NCBI GenBank assembly: GCA_964016885.1
Contig: OZ024747.1
Coordinates: 36,580,001-36,644,000, forward strand
Reading direction: 5' to 3'
Length of the DNA: 64,000 nucleotides
Source of the DNA: Eledone cirrhosa
Taxonomy: Eukaryota
How positions within the stretch are numbered: position 1 is the first letter of the stretch; every line of letters begins with the position of its first letter. The notes under the pieces are model-generated. The model was not told where the DNA came from and ran no database searches. It was given only the letters and a program-made list of their open reading frames with translations. Shown here in pieces: positions 14,088 to 28,300 of this stretch. The position numbers were made by a program, and so were the translations under genes.

Positions 14088-14112
14088 TGTAATAAACAAC
14101 ATAAGATAATTA

Positions 14113-14173
14113 TTTCATTTACCAGTGGTTTCTTGAAAGCAAACAAAATTTGCTTTCAATCATTAGAGTGAAA
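14113..14173 (-). ncRNA. Hammerhead (G5A), same family as 7905
   Basis: CTAATGA, perfect 11-bp stem II ttgaaagcaaa/tttgctttcaa, GAAA-ccactgg-TA-aatgaaa. Confidence 0.75.
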
Positions 14174-14494
14174 AATCCTGGTGTATTTATTGACAGTGGA
14201 TTTAAAAAAAAAATATAATCTATATGAAAGTGAAGCTGGAAAAGGAAGATGGAAAGGAAAAAGATTAAAAGTAGATAAACGCACATGCACACACACACAC
14301 GCACGCACACATATACATACACACACATATATACATATACATATATATATATATATACATATATACATATATATACATACACATATATATACACGTACAA
14401 ATACACATACATATACATATACATACATACACACATATATATCCACATATCCATACATACACATACACACAAATACACAAACACACACATACAC

Positions 14495-14530
<36 letters not shown>

Positions 14531-15527
14531 ATATATATATATATACACACACACATAATCATACATATATACACACGTACATACACACACATACATACAC
14601 ACATATATGGTGGCTGCCAACTCGTTTTCGAGTACGGCCACTACTTTATATTCATGTAGGAGAACCCCTACCGATGCGCTGAACGAGTGTGACTTTTTAG
14701 TCCAGCCAGCGACTTGAAAACTGGTACAATCACTACACTTGTGACAATTATTGACACATAGTGTTGGGCCCATGGTACCACGTGATGACAAGTGCAGAGA
14801 GATCTCCAGATATAAAGCAATGCCTGTGCCGTGAAGCTTTTATAGTGAGCAAAGGCAATGCACAAAGCCAGTCCCACTCTCTTAACCAAGATGATATTTA
14901 CCAAAAAGTAGAACAAGTCAACATCATTGGATACCATCAGGGTTGAAGGTGTTATATCAGAGTTTTCCTTCTCCTAGAATTCTGCCTTGACAAAGGCTAA
15001 GGGGTCATCTCTCCCGGTGATTTTAGATGGCCATTGACTCTTAAGAGCTCCTTTGCCCTTTTGACAGGTTTTGTTTTTAGTCCTGTAGGATGTCCACGTC
15101 ACCCTCCTCACCAAGAAACCTTGGTGGGGTTGCCAGTTTAGTCGCCAACGACCCGACCATGAGACAGGTTGTACTGGGATACATGTTACCAGTAGCACCA
15201 ACTGGTGACCTGACATATACACATATATACACGCATACATACGCACGCACACATATATATATATGTACACACACCTACATACGCGCACACACAATTAATA
15301 AGAAGAAACAATATAATAATAAAAATTAAAAACAATAGACGACCATATAAGCCGTCACATAAAAATAAATGTAAAAATTATTATAACGTTGACAGTGATA
15401 CAGGAAAGGACGCAAATAAATGAACAAACACACGTGGTAAGCAATACACACAATTACACATACACATACATACATATAAATAAATACATACACACACACA
15501 TACATATACATATACATACATATATAT

Positions 15528-15580
<53 letters not shown>

Positions 15581-15581
<1 letters not shown>

Positions 15582-16213
15582 GATATTAATAAATGGAAAC
15601 TATATTTATAAAACCATATTTATTTCATTATACATATTTCAGGGATACCAAATTAAATTATGGTATGCCTTCATCAGACAAAATACAATATATAACAGTT
15701 TTACAAATAAGCTTTGACGTACCCTTTTAAAATGCGACCATTATTTTTGGAGGCCATCTCTCTTGAGTCTTTCTATCTGTCTGATGATTTGTTATCTCTC
15801 TGTTGCTTTCCTCTGTTTTTCTTATTTCTTCCTTTTTTCTTTTTTTCTTTCTTTCCTCCTCTCTTTATTTATCTCTTCCTTTTTTTCTCCACGCATTTCT
15901 CTCTCTCCGATATTTCTCCACGTTTTTTTCTTTTTCTTTTTTCTCTCTCTCCTTCTTTTTTTCTTTCTCTCCGTCTTTTACTAATTGTCCTTAACACTAA
16001 GACTTATTAAAATAATATAAACAATTAACTATCCAGATGGCCTCCAAAAATAATGGTCGCATTTTAAAAGGGTACGTCAAAGCTTATTTGTAAAACTGTT
16101 ATATATTGTATTTTGTCTGATGAAGGCATACCATAATTTAATTTGGTATCCCTGAAATATGTATAATGAAATAAATATGGTTTTATAAATATAGTTTCCA
16201 TTTATTAATATCG
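15581..16213. mobile_element. MITE-like element: identical 179-bp inverted arms, each with an outward-facing hammerhead (15628-15681 minus, 16113-16166 plus), around a pyrimidine-rich spacer
   Basis: 15581-15759 is the reverse complement of 16035-16213. HHR reads CTGATGA-aggcatacca..tggtatccct-GAAA-tatg-TA. Flanked by (TA)n. Confidence 0.9.
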
Positions 16214-16245
<32 letters not shown>

Positions 16246-16677
16246 ACAAAAGAAATCCAGTCTAGGTGTAAATCTTTTTGACAACAGTAAAACCTTTTGT
16301 TTCAAGTACAAAGAGTAAAGTAAAATCCGAATGAGCCGAATTGTAATAATCAAAATCTCCAAACAAAATGTTTGACAAAATCAAAAATGAGTTCCTATTG
16401 TATTGAAAGATAACTCTTGTCTTACTTAATCACGAAAATTGACACAGATAACTGAAATTTTTTAATGTCTCCAAAGGCCCCAATATCGATTTTTGAAAGC
16501 CTTTGTAGATCATGTACAGGTTTTGTGCAAGGAGAAGCTCTGTAAAAAATTTCAAAGAAATCGCATGAATGGTTTAGAATATATGAGTCCTTATTAAAAA
16601 TTGTCCACACACACATACACACACATACAGAAAACTACATTTTAATATATATATACAGATATATATATATATATACA

Positions 16678-16847
<170 letters not shown>

Positions 16848-17038
16848 GCTAAAGAGAGAGAGAGGGAGTGAGAGAGAGCAAGAAAGAGAGAGTGAGCCAA
16901 AGAGGGAGACAGAGTGTGTGGAAATAGAGTCTAAGCCAGTTTTGCAGCATATGAACAAAATGTAATCACGAGACCTGTCATTAAAGTGATATAAACAAGT
17001 ACTTATATTTAGTTTGGTTGTTCAACAATGACTCTCCA

Positions 17039-17119
17039 GTCTGATGAGCAGAGGGATACTGTCCGTTCCATAAATTCCATGAGGGACCTTGAGCCAATCC
17101 TCTGCGAAACGGGCGTAGC
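17039..17119 (+). ncRNA. Hammerhead with long loop II
   Basis: CTGATGA-gcagagg..cctctgc-GAAAC-gggc-GTA; stem I weak. Confidence 0.7.
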
Positions 17120-17416
17120 AGAGCGATGCAGGAAATAAACATGTAAACGAAACTTCATTGTTGTTCTTATTATATACAATCTGCCTGTACATCGAGTGCT
17201 CATACAAGTACCACCACATGATGTTCACTGAATCACATACACTGTATATATATATATGGGATAACAAGTTATCGTTTTAGGTAATCCGGTTAGAGGTTGT
17301 GAATACTCTGTACTAAGGATAGTTTTAACGTACGGCGTTGTTTGACTCAAAAAGAGGTTTCCTTAATTAGGTAGCGAGTTTGCGAGAATTCCAATGCAGG
17401 TCATTCTTGGAGTATT

Positions 17417-17843
<427 letters not shown>

Positions 17844-17905
17844 TGCCAATACTGTAATTGAATAATGAAGACCGTAGCGGTATGTCATATATCAAATCAT
17901 ATATT

Positions 17906-17960
17906 TTGTCTGATGAGGACGTACTGCAAAAACAACACAGTACCTTTGAAATATATATAA
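17906..17960 (+). ncRNA. Minimal hammerhead
   Basis: ttgt-CTGATGA-ggac-gtactg..cagtac-cttt-GAAA-tata-TA. Confidence 0.6.
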
Positions 17961-18120
17961 TAAAGTACATATTTTGAGTATGAGAATATTTTTCATTTGT
18001 TAACATTTTGAATAATATAAAAAAACTTCAGGAAAACTCACCGTTGAGTGCTTCTAATCTATTGTAAAATTGTATTCGTTGAGTAATCAACGAACCATAC
18101 TAATCTTTGTTTATATATAT

Positions 18121-18167
<47 letters not shown>

Positions 18168-18249
18168 GTTATTCCGGGTTGAATCGGAGGTAACCACAGT
18201 AAGTAAGGTACTCAATACATTGCAGAGTATAAAAGTTTTAATATAGATG

Positions 18250-18300
18250 AGATTCTACAGGACTAGAACTGTTTCATTCTTTAGAAATCATCAGGAATCT
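18250..18300 (-). ncRNA. Type I hammerhead, intact core
   Basis: agattc-CTGATGA-tttctaaagaat-GAAA-cag-ttctagtc-ctg-TA-gaatct. Confidence 0.85.
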
Positions 18301-18524
18301 GGGTATCAAAAAATAAATATGGTATTTATAGGTCTCTACAAGTGGTAGGAGAGGGTGGAGAGTGGGAAGCGTGTAGGTCATTGGTTGATAGAAAAGGGAG
18401 TTCATTAAAAGCTAATTCTACAAAGCTATAGTTAATTTTTATTAATTTTTGTTTTTAGAGTAACAAAGGCAGACAGAATTCTATAATCAGGTTCCGGATG
18501 GCATACCATTCCTTGTCATATGTA

Positions 18525-18588
<64 letters not shown>

Positions 18589-18798
18589 TATACTTGGGAA
18601 TTGGTTTATATGTTGAGAGTAGAGGAATATTTTGAAAATCAATGTTTTACAGAATGCTTCAATGAATGTGCTTTTACTTACAATCAGCCTGAACACACTG
18701 TTTTGGTGCATAGAGCTTTCTGACACCTTATTATGCATTTCAATATTCAATTTGAATTAAATACTTTCATGATTAGCCAACATTGGGAAATCTGCGAA

Positions 18799-19410
18799 GA
18801 AGAAAGCAGAATAATGTTAGTGTTAGAAATAATTATAACCTCGACTGCATAACAAGAGATCACAGCACTCGGAGCCGAAAACTATTTATGGTGTCCTACA
18901 TTGATTAACAAGAACGGTACTTGCAGTAAGTTGATATATACCACTGCCCCACCCCTTATTTTTCCGCCTCTGCATGCTCTACTGAATAAGGTCTGCGACA
19001 TTCTAAAATAGTTGACGAGCTGAACATTTAGTTAATAACACGGTTCTTTCCAAATTCAGCATCCACAATATACATTTTGCATTAAGTATTTCCATATACG
19101 TGATTAGCTAGACGAAGAAAACAGGATAATTTTAGTGTGAGAAATAATTATAATTTCTACGGCGTAGCATGAGGTCACAGCACCAGGAGGCAATGACTGC
19201 TTAGATTGTGCTACATTGATCAACAAGCACAGTACTTCCGTTAAGGAAATACATATCTCTTGCCTGACACTCTCATTTTTACGTATTTGTGTTCTATTGA
19301 ATAAAGTCAGCAAATTCTAATATAGTTGACGCGTTGAACAATCAGTTACTATCACGTTCAGTCCAAATTCAGCATCCAAATTTTAAGATTATGTGTTATT
19401 TACATTTATA
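18799..19410. repeat. Diverged tandem duplication, period ~313-315 bp
   Basis: Shared blocks such as agaaataattataa, tagttgacg and ccaaattcagcatcca recur at a constant offset. Confidence 0.85.
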
Positions 19411-19689
19411 TGAAGGAAATTCTAATAATTATGCATGTAAAACTTCGAAATCCCTGTCGAGCAATGATGTATCTGGACAATTCCTGTTTGAAAATATATA
19501 CATTGCCCTTAAACTACAGAAAAACCTGCTAAAAGTATTAAATTCACATTATCCTAATTTTCTCTCTTATCCGTTGTAGTAACGATTGTTATATTCATGA
19601 ACTTGTTATGTGGCTATAACTATGCTACGTTACCATTAACCTGTTATGTTGCTATGACCTTATTATGCTTTCATATCCTTCTTACGTAG

Positions 19690-20790
19690 CCTTTGTATTG
19701 ATAATTCATAAAATGGTTAGCTGAAACGTTTAATAGTATAGTAGCCGACTTTGTATTTTAATGGAAAGTATCAAGTGAAATCATCTATTCAAATGGAAAC
19801 CAATTCGTAGCTTCAAATAATCATTTCCTAAATGTTTTTTAGGTTTTCGGTAACTTTATTTCAGCTATTATATAATAGATCCTTATATACTATAGTAACT
19901 TTAAAGTCACGGATGGACTTTCCTCGGTGATTAGCATGTGTAGAAGAACCTAATGGAGAGGGTATTTCCAAAAACAAACTTAGAGATAACATTGGCTAAG
20001 TGCAACCTGGATTGGAAACGCCTTATATGTATTGCACCTGTTGGTATAAAAAAGAGACGAGGTTGAAAAATTTCATAGTTTCAAAAGTTCAAAAGCTAAC
20101 CAAGACATACTTATGGAGTTACCAAATAAGATTAATTTTAGTCCCTGAAAAGTAAAAATGTAGTTATTAATAAAAAGAGTTGAAATTAATGCATGCAAAG
20201 TTTCACAGGTTTAGCATCTTTCCTTCATAGTCAACATATGTACATTTCAGCCTACTCTCACATGTCATGTAAGAAAATATTTTGTAGGACACGGCCGTTC
20301 CCAGAGCTTCCGACAATATGAAAACTGCTAATTCTAATGTGTCTCTATGTACCAATTCTATCAGGAATTTTACGAAACCATTTACATATGCCATGTGTGG
20401 CAATGCCAATATTATTAGCGATGAAATATACTGAATCACATGCATTCATTATTGAAGGTTTAGGAACATTTTATGGAAGAAGTCCAAAGTTAAATATAAT
20501 GATGGCCTATAACACATTGCTGTAAGATAGCTCCGCAGACGTTTTGAATTTCAGATAAATGATCGATATTCTTTTAATAAGAAACTTTGTGCTCATTCGC
20601 TGATTGGAAATTAGCTTTCTAGGCTGATTTAATGGCACATGTTAACGAGTTCTGTCTTTGATTACAAGGCAATGTTTAGCTTGCATGTGACATATAATGT
20701 TCAGTGAAAACTTTGTGGCATAAATTAAAGTGTCATCATTCCAGTTAATCAAATCTTCCACAGCTTGACTTGCTTTGAAAAATTCATCGA
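19690..20790 (+). pseudogene. Highly decayed hAT (Charlie/SPIN, GTF2IRD2-like) transposase remnant
   Basis: Fragments resembling NFKVT..VISM..GEGIF, LAKCNLDWKRLICIA and WKLAF*ADLMAHVNEFCL*LQG. Confidence 0.5.
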
Positions 20791-21296
20791 AAAATGAATT
20801 CACCATTTCCTTTCAAATTCCTTCAATATTCTATCGAGTTCAAATCATGGTATTTCTTAACTCGTCTGAAGCTGATCTCCGACATACACTCGATAGGTTT
20901 GCTATCCAGTTTTGCACAGCAGGAATAAAAAGCTGAAATGCGCCCGCTTCAGATTTCGAACTTCAGATGTATACAACAGGCCGAAATAGGCTCCCTTTGA
21001 CTGCTCTTTGGAGTAACCTTACTCAATAGAGTTCATAGTTCAACGATCAGAGATTCGTCCCACGTAGAGTCGCTACGTCTACTAATTCAGAGATCACTGG
21101 TTCGATATGACGGACATATAGTTAGAATATCTAAGGAAACAATCGCTGGACAAATTTTACCAGCAGAACCAACCAGCAGGTGACCCAGGGTGTCACAAAA
21201 GAACCAATCAAAAGCCATCAATCACGGATTTTATTGGTCATCTGAGCTGACCTTCTAATTTTCAGCTTTTCCAGTGACCACACTATATATATATAT

Positions 21297-21334
<38 letters not shown>

Positions 21335-21639
21335 GTAATAAAACAAGGACGAATGGTTACCCCTTCATTACGTTTATTGGTTGGGGTCGCGCGTTTCGCC
21401 ATTGATCAGTTCAAGGTTCGATCTGTATGGATCTAGCGCGACTCTGTAATCAATGGCTCGTCGGACCTCTGTTGTATTAATGTCATTACTCTCTCATTAC
21501 TACCAAAGAGGTCCGACGAGCCATTGATTACAGAGTCGGGCTAGATCGATACAGATCGGACCTTGAACTGATCAATGGCGAAACACGCGTTACCAACCAA
21601 TAAACGTAATGAAGGAGTAACCATTCTTCCTTGTTTTAT

Positions 21640-21642
<3 letters not shown>
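21335..21642. mobile_element. Inverted-repeat mini-element with two outward-facing hammerheads (21384-21467 minus, 21510-21594 plus)
   Basis: 136-bp arms 21335-21470 and 21507-21642. HHR reads ggt-CCGACGA-gccattgat..atcaatggc-GAAAC-(g/a)cgc-GTT-acc. Flanked by (TA)n. Confidence 0.85.
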
Positions 21643-21679
<37 letters not shown>

Positions 21680-21775
21680 AAAAAAATTATGTTCTGTATC
21701 ATTTCCTAAGGGATTAATATATCGAGCATCTTTGCATTTGGTAAGAAACTAAAATTATACACAATTTATTAATCT

Positions 21776-21817
<42 letters not shown>

Positions 21818-21841
21818 CAAATAATTCTATGGACATACCTT

Positions 21842-21901
<60 letters not shown>

Positions 21902-22431
21902 AAGGTATGTCCATAGAATCATTTGATAAAATTTATACATTATTTCCTCTCCCAATCAGCATAATCAACCACACAGAAAACCAATTAAACAGGGCTATGA
22001 GATTTAAAGGCACCTATGAAGAAATAATAGATAAATAAACGACAGCTATCTATCCGCGATCAACAGCTATAGAATATTTACCTAGCATTTCTAATAGCAC
22101 TTAGAAATCGATTAAATATATCGTCAACCATACACAATTAGGTATAAAATCAAAGTTAGAAGAAAAAAGTATATAAGCATACGAAATTATGTTTCTACCA
22201 CTTGAGGTTTCATTCGCTTTTTGGAATATCCGATCAAGGATAAATTCACGAGTTTTGAAATCATCAGGAAACAAACTCACTTGGACGGAGATTTTTCTTA
22301 AATATATATGTGTGCTTTTGGCTACCATCCACGATGTGGCTCAATGACTAATTAATTAATTAAATAATCAACAATCAGAGCAATAAACAATAAAGTATGT
22401 CCATAGAATCATTTGATATATATATATACAT

Positions 22432-22563
22432 TTATTTATTATGGCTATTGGTAAGCTTTCTTACTCTAACGTTTCTCCTGCGTACTCACAGGATCACCAG
22501 TCTTTTCTGATGATCCTGTGAGTACTCCAGAATAACAAGGCTTATCACATAGCCATAATAAGT
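22432..22563. ncRNA. Back-to-back inverted minimal hammerheads
   Basis: Minus: CTGGTGA-tcctg-tgagtacg-cagga-GAAAC-GTT-agag. The plus copy starts CTGATGAtcctgtgagtac at 22507. Confidence 0.65.
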
Positions 22564-22839
22564 GAATATTTAAACTCTACTTCCGTATTTAGTTTTCATT
22601 CTATCGTCCATTAATAATTCACGTACTTTCAGGTTATGAATAATCGTCATCGTCGTCACCCCGCTTATTAACTTTTCAAACAAGAGCTTATTAAATTTGG
22701 TGAATCTCTCTCCGGCGAAAATTTATTGTAAATGATTCTTATATACATTTATTTATTATGGCTATTGGTAATCTAATAATTATTTCATTTTACATTGAAA
22801 AAAAACATTATATATAATAAAAAAAAGAACATTACAAGA

Positions 22840-23387
22840 AATACCATAATTATGAACGTACACTATACAATTACCGATTTCCTGAAACTCCCCCCCTCAC
22901 CACTTTATTCCAAACCCGCCTATCATTTGAGGCCCGAGAGTACAACCAATTTCTCCTCTCTAGCCTATCATACAACATTCCATTTTAACCCTTCTCCCTA
23001 CATCTACTACCACTAAAACTTTCACTCTCTGTATATCTAACACTAATACACTTCTCCCTCTCTATAAATATCTTCACTTATCTCTCCCACCGCTCAAAAT
23101 CAATCATTCCTAAACTCTACCCTCTATATATCTATTACACGACGTTATACCTCTTTATAGATATATATATATATACAACCACCAATCCTCCCCTTCTCTA
23201 TATCTATCATAAAAACTCTCCCAATCCCCCTCTTTATACCAATCATCACCAATTTCTCCCCCTCACCATCTCTACCACACGGCAATCACTCACAATCCCC
23301 CCACTCTATCCATCACCACACTCTCCCACTCACTATATTTACCGTAAAAAATTAAAAAATTATCCCCCTCTCTATATCAATTAACAC
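22840..23387. repeat. Degenerate C/T-rich minisatellite (resumes at 28898-29395 after the LINE)
   Basis: Recurring ctctcccctctctatatctatcac-like units on both sides of the LINE. Confidence 0.6.
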
Positions 23388-23421
23388 TTGATATAGACGT
23401 GATTTACTTTGCTCCGGATTT

Positions 23422-25337
23422 TTGTCAAAAAAAACTGTGAGTTTATTGATCAATTTAATAACATTGTTTGGTTTAGCCCCTTGCCTTGGCCGTCAGACGT
23501 TAAGTCAAAAAATGTTCGCCCCTTTCTGGGGCGAAATTTTCAATTTTCATCTAAAAACTGTAGACTTGGTGGCAATGGATGCCATTTCCACCTCGCACAC
23601 TGTCGTGAGTGCCACGCCCACTAAGAAAAGTGGTGGAGGGAAGGTAGGAGTGCAAAGCTTGCAGCCATCCCCCCTCGCATCATCAAAAAACGTGGAAAAT
23701 ATCGAAACCGCGAAAGCAAATCCGGCAAATAATAGCAGCACCAACAACAAGAACAATGACAACAACACCACAACCAACAACTGCAACAATAGCAACACCA
23801 ATATTACCAACAGTGACAGTAACACGAAAGACAACAACACCAAAACAACATTTGCACAGACCGTAAAAAAAAACGAACTATACACGCCAATAGACATAAC
23901 AAATGCTAAACAACTATTACAAGACGCAAAACAATTTGTGACTTTTGGTGAAAACGGTGCTTTTAGTATTAATTCTCCACAGGAATTACGTAGAGAGGCT
24001 GTCCTGAAAACTGTGGTTTTCAGGACAATATCGAACGTAACAAGAAAACCAGCGCAATTATCACAAAATGAGATTGAGCTGGTTCTAAAAGACGCAATGA
24101 AGGACTTAACCTTCATACAAAAAGGTAAACTGTTTGGTAGCATTTCGGTGCTGATGAACAACCAGTCAACAGCTCAAAAGTACTCGATAGCACCCATTGT
24201 GTCCCCCCACTTCACCTTTTACCCCACATACAGGGGAAAAAGGACACAAAGAATAAAAATAATGAGTATCACACCAAATGTAAACATTTGGTGGATACTA
24301 TGTGGAATAATAAACTTGGACGAAGACAATATAATTTCAATAGGAACGTGCTCCGGAGGTGTATTTGGTGGGACCACAGTAGAAGTTCTGGTGCAAATGA
24401 GCCCAGAACGAATAGCGAATATCCCACAACGCGTGCCTCTGGACGGGCTAACTTATATAAACATTTCAGTGGAGGGAAGGCGGCCGTCATATTTCCACTG
24501 CTTAAGCAGGGGTCACCTGAGGGCTGCCTGTCGTCAATTAACGAGTCAAAAAAAAAAGGCTCTTCTGCCAACCCCGAACACAACAACACAACCACCACCA
24601 CAACAACAACACGGAAAAATAACAACACAAAACACTGTTCCACCCAACCCCTCCCCACCTAAAACAAATACAAAAGCAACCACAGCAAAACCCCCAAATA
24701 TACCCCTCCCCAACAACACGGAAGAGGACTCCGTATCAACGTCACCCAGTGACGACGAGGGAGAACCCTTTCAACAGGTGAAAAGGAAAAAAAAAGGCAC
24801 CACATTAACAAAAATGCCACAAACACACAGCCACCAGCACGAACAGAACAAATATCACAAATAAAAAAACCCACCCCTCCCCAAAACATAACACGTACTA
24901 TAAAACGCAGACACCCGCAAGAACAACAAACAAAAACAAACACAACACAACAAAAACTCTATACATACATTAACAAGAACAATAAAACGTTGATGAAAGC
25001 GATAGAAAATAACCCTTCGGTGGAAACCGAAGGGATCACTTTCACCTACGCAGCGAACAAACCGCACCTAATGATGATTAGTGTCCCAACGGAAACCTAT
25101 GTAACTTTGAAAAACAACCATCCAATGCATGTGGGGACCAACTGCACCAAACCACATAACAGCGTCCTATTGAGATGTTTCCCCACCCCCACACCAGACA
25201 CCCACACCCCACCAAACACCCTAATCCCACCACACACTGATGTCCTCACCCCACTACAAACCACCACCCCACCAAACAACCCTTCCAACACCCCCATGGA
25301 AATTGTGCAGCCTGGCCCCCAGGAGACGAAGAGGTAA
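23422..25337 (+). CDS. LINE ORF1 (gag-like, zinc knuckle), probably frameshifted in an A-run near 24790
   Basis: YFHCLSRGHLRAAC is a degenerate CCHC knuckle. The 480-aa ORF is followed by piece 24990-25337, whose end (MEIVQPGPQ) is conserved in the paralog. Confidence 0.75.
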
Positions 25338-25379
25338 GTAATTTCCTTTCCTCTTCCTTTTTACCTCTTCAGCACCAAC

Positions 25380-28300
25380 ATGGCCAATATAAGAGTTGGA
25401 TGTGTGAATGCACGCGGCTTGGGGATGTCCTGGAAACAGGGCAAACTCTTAAATGACCTCAGGTCGCACAGAGTGGATGTAATGGTTATTTGCGAGTCCA
25501 GGATCAGCAGCGAGCGCCAACTGGCCCCCATCTTCGACGACTTTGAGATCTACGCATCTCTTTGTCAGCCGAGGGCTGGGGGTGGGGTTGACGCCTGGAG
25601 AATTTCCTGGGAACGTCTCGCTCCTTGCTTTTAGTGGGGGACTGGAATGGTATCCTGGATGCACGTTGGGAATATGTAGGGACATGTCCCGATAGAGGGG
25701 GGTGTAACAGCCTCAAACGATTAATCGGCCGATTTGATCTGGCCGATAGATATCGACTGGATTTTCCGACTGTGCCACGGTGGACGTGGAGTAATCGCAG
25801 TGGAACATCCAGGTCGTACCTAGATAGGTTCCTAGTTAGAAATAAGGATAGGGACATTTTAAGCTGTCCACGAATGTTCATGGTTGACTATTCGGATCAC
25901 AAGTTGTTGACCGGAGTGGTCAACCTTGATAGAACTCATAGACAGGGACCCGGTTACTGGAAGCTAAACTTGTCTTTACCGACAAACAAAGCTTACAGTA
26001 AGCGGATTAGCACACTAGTTAAGCAGCGTTTGACGGAGGCAATTGTCAACAGCAGGTGGTGGGGCTCGCTCAAGAGAGAAATTAGAATAGAATCGATAGG
26101 TTTTAGTCGGGAATTAGCATCAGATAGGAATAGAACTGAAAGGGAATTAACAAATAGAGTAGAAGAGGCGATTAGGAGTGGCAACGTGGCCGGCGTGCTG
26201 GCGTCAAGAACGGCCCTAGACCAGTTCTTTGATGCGAAGCACGAGGGCTGCGTTGTCAGGAGTAAAATACGTGCTCTGGGTAACGAGGGATCCAAAGCTG
26301 TTAGCTGGGCCCGAGTGACAGAGGCAAAAAGTGGAATCAAGTCCACGATTCGGTCTTTGAAGGACCAGGATGGACGCGTGATCCTTGAACCTGAGCGGAT
26401 GAGCGCGGCCTTTCAACGGCGCTTTGCACGACTGTTCGGGAGGGGCGGCGGGCTGGGTGGGGCCATGGATTTCGGTCCATACCTCGACGGTCTGGCGCGG
26501 CTCTCGGGCGGGGAGGCGAAGTCCTGCGAGAGGCCGATTTCAGCCGCTGAAATAGGAAAAGCGCTGAGCCAATGCGGCAAACGCAAATCTCCGGGTCTCG
26601 ATGATCTACCATACGAACTTTATGTAGCGATGCCGGGCTTGTTCTCCGGTCTCCTCGAGGCGGTCTACTGCAACTGGCAACAGAACGGGAGAATTCCCAG
26701 TTCTGTGACCAAGGGCGTAGTCACGCTGGTGAGGAAGGACGAGAACAAGGGGGATGACATAGATAACTTCAGGCCCATAACTCTGCTAAACACAGAGTTA
26801 ATTATTTTGGCCAAGGTGTTAGCGAAGAGGTTGGCGCTTGTCGTCGGGAACCTGGTGGGAGAAGCGCAGACATGCGCAATCCCGTCCAGGTCCATACACG
26901 ACAACCTCCACCTCATGCGATACATCGTAGAGAGGGTAGGGAACGAACCCGGCTTTGGTGGGGCCCTGATCAACTTGGATCAATCTAAAGCGTTCGATAG
27001 GGTTGACCATCGGTACCTGGATGCGGTGCTCGCGGCGGCAGGCTTCGGACCCGTTTTCAGGGGCTGGATTGCTGCAATGCACAGCAGCAACACCTGCTCG
27101 AGGGTCAAGGTGAACGGCTACCTCTCGGAGCCGTTCCAAATCACGCGATCCATTCGACAGGGATGCCCTCTCTCATCCCTCCTGTATGTGCTGGCTCTCG
27201 AGCCACTACTGAGGAAGCTGGAGCTGTTGCAGGGCATCCCCTTGGAACCGGGATTGCGAAAAGCGGTGTCGGCCTACGCCGATGACGTGACAGTAATGGT
27301 GTCGTGCGCCTCGGAAATCGGGCAGATCGGCACCTTACTGGAGGAATATGAAAGGTTCACAGGAGCCAAGCTGAACCGGGACAAGTCCGTCGGTTTGCAA
27401 CTCGGGACGTGGAGGGGCAAAACGATGCTCTCCGACGGCATCGTCGGACGCTGGACGGAGGGACCGGTGAAGCTGCTCGGGGTCTGGTTCGGACCGGACC
27501 TCCAGGTGGAGAAAAACTGGGACGAGGTAATGGGCAAGGTGTTTGCACTCGCCCAGAAGTGGGCCGAGTGCAAACTATCCCTGAAAGGTCGAGCGGAGGT
27601 GGCGAACGCTTATATAGCGTCCGTCATCTACTACCGCTTGACCGTCGTGCCTTGCCCAGAGAAAACACTCGCCAAAATGGAGCGCGCGCTCTTCCGATTT
27701 CTTTGGAAGAAGCGGGCTCCTTTGGTGAGAAGATCCATCAGCTGTCAACACCCTTCGAACGGAGGGCTGGGGATGCCGTGGCTGACGATGGGTAGACACG
27801 CATTAAGGCTACGGCACCTCCAGGTATTCCTCACCGGTCAGCCGGTGTGGGCCCTGTTTGTGAGGCGAGCCTTTCCGAGACTCGTCTCACTCACCGAGCT
27901 GCAATCCTGGATCAAGCAAAGACCGAGAAAAATGGGCGACTGGCACATTGAATGTGCCCAGGCGCTCACGGCCCTCTGGCAAGCGGATCCGGCAATCAGT
28001 GGAGACTCAACCTCAACATTCTATAGAGGGTTGGTGTGTAGTAAGTGCGACGACGCTCTCGGACAGGCTCTGTGCATGGAGGAAGACGAGCTGGCCAGTC
28101 TGTTCGGTAGGACGTTTGGCCCGGGACCGATGGACAACTTCCAAAAGTCCCTGGCTTGGCAATGTTACCGAGGAGCTCTACCCATTCGGGACAAGCTCTA
28201 CAGACACGGGCGCCCGGGTAGGGACCCCTCAAAGAAGATCTGTCCAAGATGCGTGCGTGACGAGGAAACCGTCGCACACGCATTCGTACACTGCCCGGGC

